From positions 4,657 to 68,656 of the forward strand of contig JBGTUD010000003.1 in NCBI GenBank assembly GCA_041939405.1: a DNA stretch of 64,000 bases, given 5' to 3'. The translations under genes and the position numbers were made by a program. Every line of letters begins with the position of its first letter. The first letter of the stretch is position 1. Positions 40,488-50,100 of this stretch are shown in pieces. The notes beneath the pieces were generated by a model that was given only the letters and a program-made list of their open reading frames with translations, searched no databases and had not been told where the DNA came from. The stretch is from Sphingopyxis sp. Its GTDB lineage: Bacteria > Pseudomonadota > Alphaproteobacteria > Sphingomonadales > Sphingomonadaceae.

Positions 40488-40919
40488 CTATTCGATCCTC
40501 AAGAGCGGACGAAAGGCAGCAATATTTTCGCTGTCCCCCCCGATCACGACTTTGCCATTGCTCGTCAGCCAGGCATGAGCGCCGAAAGTCGTGCCGCTGC
40601 GCCGGACGCCGACTTCAATCTCCGATCCATAGCCTCGCAGCATCAGCATCAGCTTGACCGCCAGCGCCTGAACAAGACAGGTCGGCTTTGGCACCAGCAC
40701 CGAAGCCGCGCGAACGGCGGTAGCAACACGCAGCGCAAGCGCATCGCTCGGAAAAGGCCGGGGTGGATGGAGCGACGCGCGACGGATCATCCGGTTATAG
40801 CCCGCAAGGGAGAGGGAGAGCCTCACAAACCACAAAATTATTAACGACAGTAAAAGCAGCCATTTGTCGCGCCACAGGGCCGCGATGCGTCGGCTGCCAT
40901 TCCATTTTCCGCTACGCAT
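40488..40919 (-). CDS. Lasso peptide leader peptidase B2 (transglutaminase-like)
   Basis: PTCLVQAL (Cys), IEVGVR, GAHAWL (His). Confidence 0.92.
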   Translation of the reverse strand: MRSGKWNGSRRIAALWRDKWLLLLSLIILWFVRLSLSLAGYNRMIRRASLHPPRPFPSDALALRVATAVRAASVLVPKPTCLVQALAVKLMLMLRGYGSEIEVGVRRSGTTFGAHAWLTSNGKVVIGGDSENIAAFRPLLRIE

Positions 40920-41178
40920 CGACCGAGACGATCAGGCCGGCAGAGGAAAGTTTATCGAGCAACGCCGCGACGTCGGCGCGCGCGACCGCATCGGAGACAT
41001 CGTAATTGCGGGTCACCGCACCGCAGATCTCGTCGGCGCTCGCGCCCTCGCGCAGACTGTCCCAAACGAATGGCCCGATGCCCGAGAGGCAATAATAGAT
41101 GTTCGCCTGCGTATCGAGCAGCGCAGTCACCCCGTCGAGATCGCTATAGACCGCCGAAGGGCTCGCTATCCATTTCAC
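40912..41178 (-). CDS. Lasso peptide B1 / PqqD-family RiPP recognition element
   Basis: AGGAGG RBS then GTG 41178. LLD...YYCLSGIGPFVW...YDVSDAVARADVAALLDKLSSAGLI. Confidence 0.9.
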   Translation of the reverse strand: MKWIASPSAVYSDLDGVTALLDTQANIYYCLSGIGPFVWDSLREGASADEICGAVTRNYDVSDAVARADVAALLDKLSSAGLIVSVDA

Positions 41179-41199
41179 GTCTGTCCTCCTGACGGATGC

Positions 41200-41286
41200 G
41201 ACCCGATCAGGTAATGGAGGACGGGCGACCCTTCCGCCCCCCACTATTTCGGTATCCCAAACGATCCTTCCTTTCCTGAACGGGTC
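41200..41286 (-). other. Long imperfect RNA stem-loop between precursor and B1
   Basis: Arms 41200-41223 (GACCCGATCAGGTAATGGAGGACG) and 41262-41286 are near reverse complements. Confidence 0.6.
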
Positions 41287-41434
41287 AGGAGAAGGTGAGG
41301 TCGCTGAAAGGGGTGCCCGAGGGAAAATCGGCGTCCAGATTGGACCCCGATGCGCCGCCGAGAGTCACTTCTTCGAAAGAACCGACTTCGACGAGTTCCG
41401 GCTTCGTATAAGCCGATTTCGGAAGTGTATGCAT
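41285..41434 (-). CDS. Lasso peptide precursor A (49 aa): MHTLPKSAYTKPELVEVGSFEEVTL|GGASGSNLDADFPSGTPFSDLTFS
   Basis: GGAGGG RBS. Leader has YxxPxLxxxG and Thr(-2). Core Gly1...Asp9 with a C-terminal Ser. Directly upstream of B1-B2-C. Confidence 0.93.
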   Translation of the reverse strand: MHTLPKSAYTKPELVEVGSFEEVTLGGASGSNLDADFPSGTPFSDLTFS

Positions 41435-41504
41435 GGATACCCTCCATCATCATTCGACGGGCGGAAGTGCCCGCCTATCGAAAATTTTCACGAATCCTTA
41501 ACCA

Positions 41505-41544
41505 AGTCAATATGTTGCGGCGCACAAATTTGTGCAGTTGCTAA
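41505..41544 (-). promoter_or_regulatory. Precursor promoter: TTGACT -35 next to ATGTTGCGGCGCACAA and TGTGCAGTTGCTAA boxes
   Basis: AGTCAA on the plus strand at 41505-41510; boxes at 41512-41527 and 41531-41544. Confidence 0.55.
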
Positions 41545-41683
41545 CTAAACAACTAAACATATCCAGACACTTACGGCTATGAAGATGCGTGGCTTTCCAG
41601 TTTCGCCTTACGCAACTTAACGGATATCGTCCCATTTTCGGTCGGCCACCAAGGAAGCGCGAGCGAGCAAAATTAGCTTTTTC

Positions 41684-42829
41684 CTAATTCCGCGAACGCG
41701 AGTCGAACCCTGCCTTGCGCCGCAGCCACCGACCAATCCGCCCCGCGACGCCCGATGTCCCTGCCTCCGCTGCGCCATCGCGCGAACTGTCGGACAGATC
41801 GTAACCAAGCTCGGCGGTCCAATAGCTTGGCCGCATCGATATGAGATAATGACTCATATTCTTGATGGTCGTCCCGAATTTTGTCGCTTCCAGCTCATTT
41901 GCGCCGCCGCCGATCATGGCTGCGAGCGAGGATCTGACCAGTATCGATCGTCGCCCGTAACCCCGCTCAACCGGTGCCGCCGCTGAGGGCATAAACAGCA
42001 GATCGCCCAGCCGGTCCGCTACGCGCACCGCGACCGACGGCGCGGTTTCGCCGGCCTCGGAACGGACAAGTTCATAGTCGATCAGCCATTTCAGACGCGA
42101 CCAGCTATGCAATAGTCCGTGGAGAGCCAGATAGGAGCGGAGTGCGCCGCCTGTCAGTGTCAGCATCCGATGCTGGTCGAAGAGGTCGATCATCTCAAGC
42201 TCGCCCAGGTCGACTTCGGCGCACAGCGGGACATTGTCGAACAAGCGATAATGAAGCTCGACGATCGTGCGACGGGTTCGATGGATATAGACCCAGTCTT
42301 TGTGCGACCGGCACCAGCGTTCGATCTGTAGTTCGTCGAGGAGAGGGTCGGGCTCGACACGTGCATAATCCATCGCCGCGAGCAGCCGGTCGCAAGTCGC
42401 GATCTGCGTCGGATCGATCAGCAGGTCGATATCGTGATTGGTCCGCCAGCCAATCTTGCCGAAACACAGCTGCGACAGGGCGAGCCCTTTGAGCAATATG
42501 GGTGCCACCCCCTCCCCGCCGAAGCGCGTGCATATCCGCTTGAGTTCGGCAAGCGACGCGAGTTCGGCAAACGTCGCAGCGCGGATCGCCCCTTCGAGGC
42601 TTGCCTGCGTCGCCGCATCGACGGCCGCGCCCGTGCCCTCCATCCAGCCCAGCGCGCGCAGCCGGTTGGCAAAGAGCGGCAGGACGCGGTGGCGCTCGGC
42701 ATATTCGACAAGCCTTGGCCATCCGCCGACGCCGCCGGCACGGTGCATCTGTGCCTCGACAGCGCGGACATCGGGAACGCCGCGCGGATTTATCACTGCG
42801 AGCAGCGCGAAAAAAACCTCGTCACGCAT
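41684..42829 (-). CDS. Nucleotidyltransferase family protein (NTP_transf_5 type, lasso-associated)
   Basis: AERHRVLP, ILLKGLALS, R...DIDLLI, IVELHYRL, H...HSWSRLKWLID. Confidence 0.87.
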   Translation of the reverse strand: MRDEVFFALLAVINPRGVPDVRAVEAQMHRAGGVGGWPRLVEYAERHRVLPLFANRLRALGWMEGTGAAVDAATQASLEGAIRAATFAELASLAELKRICTRFGGEGVAPILLKGLALSQLCFGKIGWRTNHDIDLLIDPTQIATCDRLLAAMDYARVEPDPLLDELQIERWCRSHKDWVYIHRTRRTIVELHYRLFDNVPLCAEVDLGELEMIDLFDQHRMLTLTGGALRSYLALHGLLHSWSRLKWLIDYELVRSEAGETAPSVAVRVADRLGDLLFMPSAAAPVERGYGRRSILVRSSLAAMIGGGANELEATKFGTTIKNMSHYLISMRPSYWTAELGYDLSDSSRDGAAEAGTSGVAGRIGRWLRRKAGFDSRSRN

Positions 42830-43766
42830 GACACTTCCCCAAGCGCGCGCTCATGACCAGGGGATGATGGTCGGACCAGATTTCGGGCCCGCGCGACAGG
42901 CCAATCACATCGATACAACCCCGCGCGTAAATATTGTCGATCGGAAGCATGGCACCCGGCCCCGCCGTCGGCCAGGTCGGTGTGGCGCGGCTCATCAAGC
43001 GCACGTCCATGTCGACCGCCAGGCGGTTCATCGCGAAGCTCCATGGCACATTGTTGAAGTCACCGGCGACAATCTGATTGCTGCTCGGCCTTGACGCCAC
43101 GTCGGCCAGTTCGCGCAGCCGCAATGCCTGACGCCCCAGCGGCCATGGCCGCGGCATATGCGCCGCCGTAAGGGACAGGTCGCGGCCGTTGCGTCGGAAA
43201 TGCGCGGTCAGGGCCGAAATCGACTTGCGGTTTTCCGCATCGCCCCGGGCGTGAGGGGTCACAGCGCGCGCGGGTGTTCGCGACAATATCAGCGTCGAAC
43301 AGCTTCCATCGCCGCGACAGTCATATTGATGGGGATAGTGCGCTTTCAAAAGGCGCGATGCCGATCCGGGCCCGTCACGCGCTTCGAGCAGGATGATGAA
43401 ATCGGGCGATTGGCTCTCGATCCATCGCGCGACTTCTCCCTGATCCGGGTTATCCTTGTTCACATTGAAGCTGACGATTCGGAAGCTGTCCCCCCCTCGC
43501 GCTACGAGCTTCGGCCTGTCCCATAGCGGACGAAAAATGAGAAGAGCGAAGGCAGCGTAGCAGACCGCAAGCGTCGCCATGACGATCGCATGCGCCCGGC
43601 GCCCATCCCGCCAACAACGCCAGAAGCGATAGAGAAGGTAGAAGAGTGCAGGGCCGATCCACGCCGGCGCGACGATATTGATGCTATCCAATATCTCGAT
43701 ATCCGCGCCCAGAAATGCGCCGAGCAGTAACAGGGCAAGGATCGACGGGCCGGCAAAACCGGCCAT
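42822..43766 (-). CDS. Membrane-anchored endonuclease/exonuclease/phosphatase (EEP) family protein
   Basis: N-terminal TM helices, IVSFNV, LLEA, AGDFN, PIDNIY, SDHHP. 8-nt overlap with the nucleotidyltransferase. Confidence 0.85.
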   Translation of the reverse strand: MAGFAGPSILALLLLGAFLGADIEILDSINIVAPAWIGPALFYLLYRFWRCWRDGRRAHAIVMATLAVCYAAFALLIFRPLWDRPKLVARGGDSFRIVSFNVNKDNPDQGEVARWIESQSPDFIILLEARDGPGSASRLLKAHYPHQYDCRGDGSCSTLILSRTPARAVTPHARGDAENRKSISALTAHFRRNGRDLSLTAAHMPRPWPLGRQALRLRELADVASRPSSNQIVAGDFNNVPWSFAMNRLAVDMDVRLMSRATPTWPTAGPGAMLPIDNIYARGCIDVIGLSRGPEIWSDHHPLVMSARLGKCHA

Positions 43767-43838
43767 TTTTCGCCGAGACTTGCGGTGGGGGCCGTGCCCC
43801 TTCCCTATTTTCTGCACAGCTAATGATGCTTCAGCTTT

Positions 43839-43854
43839 TTGTGCATTGCAACAT
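43839..43854. promoter_or_regulatory. TTGTGCATTGCAACAT box in the divergent promoter (lasso tailoring genes vs EPS export operon)
   Basis: TGC-N3-GCA core, nearly identical to 56204-56219. Confidence 0.6.
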
Positions 43855-43902
43855 ATCCGTATTCGGTTACGATCAGCATATCGGTTTTTCGGAGGCGTTG
43901 CG

Positions 43903-45222
43903 GTGCACAAGGCGGCCGGTTTCCAGAAAGCTATCGCCGGCGGTCGGCGGGCCGGCGGACCGGGAAGCGCGAGCTGGCGCCATGTGATCGCTATCGCAAT
44001 TCTGAGCATCGGCTGGGGCGCGCAGACCGCGCTTGCGCAAACGCTCGATGTCGAACCGACCGACGTTGCCGGCAATCGACCACAGCCTGCTTACGACCCT
44101 GTCGGGATCCGGGTGGGCAAGTTGATGATCCGGCCCAGCCTGACCATCTCACCCGATTTTTCTTCCAATCTGTTTACGACCGCCGACGATCCCCGATCCG
44201 ACGTCAGCGTGTCGGTCGTTCCCGCAATCGCAGCGACGATCGCCGAACCCGGCGCCAATTTCTCTCTCTATGGCGAAGCACGCCTGCGGCGCTACGCCAC
44301 CTATGGTTCGCAGGACGACGAACAGTACCGCATCGACGCCAGCGGATCGACGGAGTTATCTTCGGGCCTTGTCCTCAACGCCGGGATCGGCTGGGCCGAT
44401 ACGACCGCGGCGCGCGGCACCGTCGAAAACGACCTCTCGATCGGCGACCCGCTGAAGGTGCGCGAACTTCGCTCGCGCCTGTCGGTGCGCAAGAGTTTCA
44501 ACCGTCTTTATGCCTCGATTGGCTTCTCGGCATCGCGATCGACTTACGACGACGTCCAACTCGAAGACGGCTCGGTTATCGATCAGAGCTTCCGCAACGG
44601 ACGACGCACAGGCGGCACGGTGACGCTGGGTTACGAGGTTAGTCCCCTGCTCGCGCTCGAAACGCGGGCTACTTACGATATCTATCGCTACGGGGATCCG
44701 CGCCCGCTTTTCGACCGGGACGCCAAAAGCTACGCGATCGGGATCGGCTTGCGCTATCAGATCACGCAGCTGCTGACGGCCGAATTCAACGCAGGCATTC
44801 GCCAGCACAGGTTCGAGAACCCCCTGTTCGCGAAAATCAAGGGCGTCGCGCTTTTCGGGCGCCTCCGATGGTATCCGACACCGCTGATCAGCGTTCGCGC
44901 CGACCTGGCGCAATCCACCACGACAAGCACCCTCGACCAGGTGAGCGCCGTGACCGTCACCGATTTCAGCCTCGGTGCCGATTACGAATTTCGCCGCAAT
45001 ATTCTGGTCACCGCCGAAAGCGCGCTTGCCTTTGAAGATTATGGACAGATCGGCCTGGAAGCGAAGCGCCTATCTCTCACCGGGCGCGTCGAATGGAAAG
45101 TGAACCGCTGGCTCCGGCTTGGCGGCTACGCGACGTTCAATAGCCGCTTCGGCTCAGGTTCCGGCCTGATCCGCGATTATTCCGCAGTGCAGACGGGGGT
45201 TCGCATGACGCTCGCGCTCTAA
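43903..45222 (+). CDS. Outer-membrane beta-barrel protein of an EPS locus
   Basis: GGAGG RBS before GTG 43903. Signal-like segment, YDPVGIRVG, amphipathic strands. Upstream of wzc. Confidence 0.8.
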   Translation: MHKAAGFQKAIAGGRRAGGPGSASWRHVIAIAILSIGWGAQTALAQTLDVEPTDVAGNRPQPAYDPVGIRVGKLMIRPSLTISPDFSSNLFTTADDPRSDVSVSVVPAIAATIAEPGANFSLYGEARLRRYATYGSQDDEQYRIDASGSTELSSGLVLNAGIGWADTTAARGTVENDLSIGDPLKVRELRSRLSVRKSFNRLYASIGFSASRSTYDDVQLEDGSVIDQSFRNGRRTGGTVTLGYEVSPLLALETRATYDIYRYGDPRPLFDRDAKSYAIGIGLRYQITQLLTAEFNAGIRQHRFENPLFAKIKGVALFGRLRWYPTPLISVRADLAQSTTTSTLDQVSAVTVTDFSLGADYEFRRNILVTAESALAFEDYGQIGLEAKRLSLTGRVEWKVNRWLRLGGYATFNSRFGSGSGLIRDYSAVQTGVRMTLAL

Positions 45223-45263
45223 TCGACAGCTCACGCCCGCAGAAAATAAGCGAAAGGCACGAA

Positions 45264-47513
45264 ATGACTCTCCCCGCCACGCATGCCCAGCCCCAGGATC
45301 TGGCCAACGGTCCGGGCGCAAGGAGCCTCCGCGAGAGCACCCCCTCGCCAGCCGGCGACCGGCTCAGCCTGTCCAAGCTGATCAACATCCTGCGGCGACG
45401 CTTGTGGCTGGTGATCGCGGTTTCTTTCGCGATATTCCTCATCGGGCTGCTCGTCACGCTGTGGCAACCGAAAATCTATACTGCCGATGCCATCGTCCGA
45501 CTCACGGGATCGAACCGCGAACTGGCGGCAAAGGTCGGCGACCAAAGCGAACTTACCATGGCGGGGGACGCCGACGTCGCGACCGAGATTCAGGTGGTCG
45601 GTTCGCTCGGGATGGCCCGCCAGATCGTCCGCAAATATGATCTTGTCGACAATCGCCGGTTCAATCCCTTCGTCAACCCGCCGACCTCGACGCTGTCGCG
45701 ACTGCTGGGAGGCGGAGGATCGTCGATCGATCCCCGCCGGCTAACGCCCGAGCAGCGGCAAAAGATGGAGGAGCAACTTATCCGCTATCTTCGCAGCGGA
45801 CTGGGCGCAACGCGGATCGGAACATCCTATTCGCTCGCGATTTCGTATCGGCACCATGATCCCGAAATGGCGGCGATGCTGGCCAATGCCTACGCCAATG
45901 AATATGCCCAGTCGCAGGTCAACGAAAAGAAGACTGCAACGTCAGAGGCGATCGCCTTCCTCGGCAACAAGGTGGAGGAACTTCGGGCGCAGGCGACCGC
46001 CGACTTTGCCGAGGTGCAGAACTACCGCATCCGTAACGGCCTTCCCAGCACCACCGGTGCGTCACTCACCGAACAGGACATCTCCGTCTACAACCAGCAG
46101 GCGGCGACCGCGCGGGCCGAGGCGGCGGCCGACGCCGCCCGCCTTGAAACCGCACGCGCGCAGCTTCGTCGCGGCTCGGCGGGAGACGATGTCGGCGAGG
46201 CGCTCGAATCATCAGTGATCTCGGCTCTGCGCGCGCAGCGCGGACAATTGGTGGTCAAGATGGCCGACCTTCGTGTGCGCTATGGCGACCGTCACCCCGA
46301 TCTTCAACGCGCGCGCCAGGAGATGGCCGATCTCGACAAACAGATCCAGGAGGAGATCGACCGCGTCATCTCCAACCTCGAGGCAAAGGCCGCCGTTTCG
46401 TCGCAGCGCCTAGCTTCGCTTTCGGGCACATTGAGCTCGGCAAAAGGACAATTGCTCAACAACAACAAGGCGATGGTCGCCCTCGATGACCTGCAACGGC
46501 GCGCCGAGGCTTCGCAGGGCCTGTATGAATCCTATCTTGCGCGTTATCGCGAAACGTCGGCGAGCAGTGGTACAGAGCGATCGGACGCGCGCGTGCTGAC
46601 CCTCGCGTCGCCGCCCACCATGCCGACCAGTCCCAACATCATCCTCAACCTGCTGTTCGCATCGATTTGCGGCGTGGGACTGGGTCTCATTGCGGCCTTT
46701 GTGGTGGAAATGCAGTTCCGCGGATTGACGACAGCCGCTGACGTCGAGAAGCGCACCGGCCTCCCCTATCTCGGCATGGTTCCGGAAAACGGCACGGCGC
46801 GGCACCATGCGCCCAGCCCGATCGAAACGATCACCAGCATGCCCAATTCGATTCTCGCCGAATCGCTCCGCAACATTCACGCCTCGATTCAGATTCCGGG
46901 GCTTGATCGCGCGCAGGTCATCGCGGTGACGTCGGCGCTGCCGTCCGAAGGAAAAAGCATCACCTCGGCCCTGCTGGGATTGATCTCTGCCCAAATGGGC
47001 CATCGAACAATCGTCGTCGATTGCGACATTTTCCGCCGCGGCCTGTCGCACGAATTCCGGATCGACGAGGGGCCCGGGCTGATCGAAGTCGGTGGCGGAC
47101 CGAACGCGCTCGACCCCGCCATCCGCACGGTCGGCGGAGGATTGCACGTTCTTCCGATTGTGGCGCGCGGCAGCCAGGGCGACCGATTGACCGACAAGGG
47201 TTTGATCCAGGCGGCCGTGGCGCAGCTCAAGGAGCGCTATGACCTGATCATCCTCGACTGCCCGCCGCTGCTGGCAGTTGCCGAAGCACGCGAGATCGCC
47301 GGCCTGTCGGACGGCGTTATCCTTGCGGCAAAGTGGCGTTCGACGTCCGACGACGCGATCGCGACGGCGGCGCGGCTGCTTCCCCCGCGTCTCGCGCACT
47401 ATATGGGGGTCGCGCTAACCCGCGTCGATCTGCGCAAGCAAAACCGCTATGCTCCCGACGATTCGACCAGCTACTACACGCATTATCAGCAATATGTGTC
47501 GGCGCCCGCATGA
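45264..47513 (+). CDS. wzc: Polysaccharide co-polymerase / BY-kinase (Wzc/GumC/ExoP)
   Basis: Two TM helices, periplasmic coiled coil, TSALPSEGKS, IILDCPP, Tyr-rich tail SYYTHYQQY. Confidence 0.92.
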   Translation: MTLPATHAQPQDLANGPGARSLRESTPSPAGDRLSLSKLINILRRRLWLVIAVSFAIFLIGLLVTLWQPKIYTADAIVRLTGSNRELAAKVGDQSELTMAGDADVATEIQVVGSLGMARQIVRKYDLVDNRRFNPFVNPPTSTLSRLLGGGGSSIDPRRLTPEQRQKMEEQLIRYLRSGLGATRIGTSYSLAISYRHHDPEMAAMLANAYANEYAQSQVNEKKTATSEAIAFLGNKVEELRAQATADFAEVQNYRIRNGLPSTTGASLTEQDISVYNQQAATARAEAAADAARLETARAQLRRGSAGDDVGEALESSVISALRAQRGQLVVKMADLRVRYGDRHPDLQRARQEMADLDKQIQEEIDRVISNLEAKAAVSSQRLASLSGTLSSAKGQLLNNNKAMVALDDLQRRAEASQGLYESYLARYRETSASSGTERSDARVLTLASPPTMPTSPNIILNLLFASICGVGLGLIAAFVVEMQFRGLTTAADVEKRTGLPYLGMVPENGTARHHAPSPIETITSMPNSILAESLRNIHASIQIPGLDRAQVIAVTSALPSEGKSITSALLGLISAQMGHRTIVVDCDIFRRGLSHEFRIDEGPGLIEVGGGPNALDPAIRTVGGGLHVLPIVARGSQGDRLTDKGLIQAAVAQLKERYDLIILDCPPLLAVAEAREIAGLSDGVILAAKWRSTSDDAIATAARLLPPRLAHYMGVALTRVDLRKQNRYAPDDSTSYYTHYQQYVSAPA

Positions 47514-48655
47514 CGCCCCCACGGACTGTCATCGTTCATTACTGGCTCGTTGCGATGCGTGGCGGCGAGCGAGTCCTCGAGCGGTTGCTGCGGCTCTACC
47601 CCGGCGCGGATATCATCACCCATGTCTACGACCCGGCGGCCGTTTCGGACTTCATCGCGTCGCACCGGGTGCGCACCACCTTCATTAACGACCTGCCGGG
47701 CGCGAAGAAACATTATCAGAAATATCTCCCGCTGATGCCGCGCGCGCTCGAGCGGATGGATCTCAGCGATTATGATCTGGTGATCAGTAGCGAGTCGGGG
47801 CCGTCGAAGGGGGTTATCGTCCGGCCCGACGCTTTCCACCTCTGCTACTGCCACTCACCGATGCGTTATCTGTGGGACCATTATCATCAATATCGCGCGA
47901 GCGCCGGTCCGCTCTCGCGCGCCGCGATGTCGGCGCTTTTCCCGGCGCTGCGGCGGTGGGACGTCACCTCGGCGCAGGGCATCGACCATATCGTCGCAAA
48001 CAGCCATTTCATCGCGCGCCGCATCCGGAAAAGCTGGGGGCGGACAGCCGATGTCGTTCATCCGCCGGTGGACGTCGGCATGTTTCGAAAATCGGATACG
48101 GTCGGCGACCATTATCTCTGGGTCGGCCAGATGACGCCGTATAAACGCGCCGACCTTGTCGCAGACGCCTTCACCCGGCTTGGGCTGCCGCTGCTGATGG
48201 TCGGCACGGGTGAGCTTGCGGCCGATATCGCACGGCGGGCAGGCGACAATATCCGTATTGTCGAGCGCCTCGACTATGCCGCGCTGCGGCGCGCCTATGC
48301 CGATTGCCGCGCGCTCGTCTTTCCGGCCGAAGAGGATTTCGGCATCGTCCCCGTCGAGGCCAATGCCGCAGGGCGTCCGGTGATTGCCTTCGGACGCGGC
48401 GGGGTGCGCGATTCGATCATCGACCAGCAAACTGGATTATTCTTCGACCGGCAGGAAACCGAATCGCTGATCGCGACGATCGAGCGGTTCGAAAACTGGC
48501 TCCCCGCGTTCGATCCCGACGCCGCGGTCGCCAACGCCCGGCGCTTCGCACCCGAAAATTTCGATGCGGGGATCGCGCGCATTGTCGCGCGCGCGCTGGA
48601 TCTCGCGCCGCCCGCAACCGATTCTGTCGCAGGGCTGATGGAGGCGGTGCAATGA
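47510..48655 (+). CDS. GT4 glycosyltransferase (mannosyltransferase-like)
   Basis: HYWLVAMRGGERV, CHSPMRY, EEDFGIVPVEA. ATGA overlap with wzc. Confidence 0.9.
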   Translation: MTPPRTVIVHYWLVAMRGGERVLERLLRLYPGADIITHVYDPAAVSDFIASHRVRTTFINDLPGAKKHYQKYLPLMPRALERMDLSDYDLVISSESGPSKGVIVRPDAFHLCYCHSPMRYLWDHYHQYRASAGPLSRAAMSALFPALRRWDVTSAQGIDHIVANSHFIARRIRKSWGRTADVVHPPVDVGMFRKSDTVGDHYLWVGQMTPYKRADLVADAFTRLGLPLLMVGTGELAADIARRAGDNIRIVERLDYAALRRAYADCRALVFPAEEDFGIVPVEANAAGRPVIAFGRGGVRDSIIDQQTGLFFDRQETESLIATIERFENWLPAFDPDAAVANARRFAPENFDAGIARIVARALDLAPPATDSVAGLMEAVQ

Positions 48656-50100
48656 CACCGACGCTGATCGGCGTCGCGACGATCCTGCTTGGAGGATGGC
48701 TCCTGCTCCGCCGCGGTCCGATGGAATTGCTCTGTGCCGTCCTCGCATTCGGATTGTTCGATGGATCGGCGGCTATCATTCTGACAAGCCTCGGCGGATC
48801 GTCGATTCCGCCTGGCCGGATCATGCTGGGTTTCCTGATCTTGTCGTGCATCGGTCTGATCAGGAATGACGCTGCCCTGTTCCGCCAGGCGATCGCGGAC
48901 AATGGCTGGTTGGTCATTTTCTGCCTTTACGGCTTTATCGGCGCCTTTCTGCTGCCGCGGATATTCGCGCGATCGATGGAGGTTTTTCCGTTGCGGCCGG
49001 TGGGACTCCAGCACCAGTTCGATACGATCCCGCTCTATTTTTCGTCCCAGAACATTACCACCGCCATATATTTGATCGGTACCGGTCTCGGCGCGCTCTG
49101 TTGCTACATTGCCGTCCTGCGTTCGCAGAAGCTGGGCGCGATCGTAACCGCTGCGGTTTACATTGCCGTCATCCATTCGGCCCTTGGCATTCTGGGCGTG
49201 GCGCTGCGAGGAACACCATGGGATCAGGTCGTCGAATTCTTCCGAAACGGCTCCTATGCGCAGCTCGACCAGCACACCAAAAGCTTCATCCGTATCAACG
49301 GCATCATGCCCGAGCCATCGGTCTACGCCGATTTCGGGCTTCTGTGGTTCATATTGTGCTTTGAACTCTGGCTCCGTCATATCCGCCCGACAGCGACCGG
49401 ACTCGCCGCAGCGTTGATGGCGATCGTGCTGATGCTGTCGACATCGTCGACGGCCTATGTGGGATTTGCAGGCTACGCACTCGTTCTCGCCTGTCGTGCC
49501 GCTCTAATGCCCCCCTATCTTCGCGGCGACAAGCTTATCGCGATCGGCGCCGTTGCGCTGCTCGGCGTCGCCTTTGCCGCGCTGTTGATGATCACATCGA
49601 GCGAGGCGGCACAGGCGTTCGAAGAGATGATACGCCAGATGACGGTCGACAAGGCCAGCTCCGATTCCGGGCTGCAGCGCGCTTTCTGGGCGCGGCAGGG
49701 GCTCGACGCCTTCTTTGCTTCCTACGGTCTTGGCATCGGCGCCGGCAGTTTTCGTTCTTCGAGTATCGCGACCGCCATCCTCGGCGGCATGGGCGTGGTC
49801 GGAATTGTCAGTTTTGCCGCCTATCTTCTGCGCGTCGGATGGCCGCGGCGCCCCACAGACCCGCAATCCGAGGCGGCGGACATCGCCGATTCGATCGGCT
49901 GGGCCGCCATTGCGTCGCTGATTCCAGCGCTGCTCACGCAACCATCGCCCGATCCCGGCGTGGATTTCGGCTGCTTTGCCGGCATCGCCATCGCGCTCAA
50001 GGTGCGGGCGACGATGCTGAACTTATCATCCGAACGGCCCACGGACCTCAAAGATTCAGCAATTCCTCCACCAACTGGCTGGCGGCACGTCTCCAGGTGA
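48652..50100 (+). CDS. Polytopic membrane protein, probable Wzy polymerase
   Basis: More than 10 hydrophobic segments, RINGIMPEPS, SSDSGLQR, YGLGIGAGSFRSSS. Confidence 0.7.
   Translation: MTPTLIGVATILLGGWLLLRRGPMELLCAVLAFGLFDGSAAIILTSLGGSSIPPGRIMLGFLILSCIGLIRNDAALFRQAIADNGWLVIFCLYGFIGAFLLPRIFARSMEVFPLRPVGLQHQFDTIPLYFSSQNITTAIYLIGTGLGALCCYIAVLRSQKLGAIVTAAVYIAVIHSALGILGVALRGTPWDQVVEFFRNGSYAQLDQHTKSFIRINGIMPEPSVYADFGLLWFILCFELWLRHIRPTATGLAAALMAIVLMLSTSSTAYVGFAGYALVLACRAALMPPYLRGDKLIAIGAVALLGVAFAALLMITSSEAAQAFEEMIRQMTVDKASSDSGLQRAFWARQGLDAFFASYGLGIGAGSFRSSSIATAILGGMGVVGIVSFAAYLLRVGWPRRPTDPQSEAADIADSIGWAAIASLIPALLTQPSPDPGVDFGCFAGIAIALKVRATMLNLSSERPTDLKDSAIPPPTGWRHVSR

Noticed and set aside
41244-41453. 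69-aa ORF in the track (MMMEGIHAY...) as the lasso precursor
   Set aside because: Wrong frame, with no leader motif. The overlapping 41285-41434 frame has the RBS, YxxP, Thr(-2) and Gly1/Asp9.
41498-41504. CtrA half-site TTAACCA at the precursor promoter
   Set aside because: A single short match with no TTAA-N7-TTAA partner; not distinguishable from chance.
41545-41683. Second precursor peptide in the AT-rich gap
   Set aside because: No ORF with an RBS and lasso leader motif found by manual reading.
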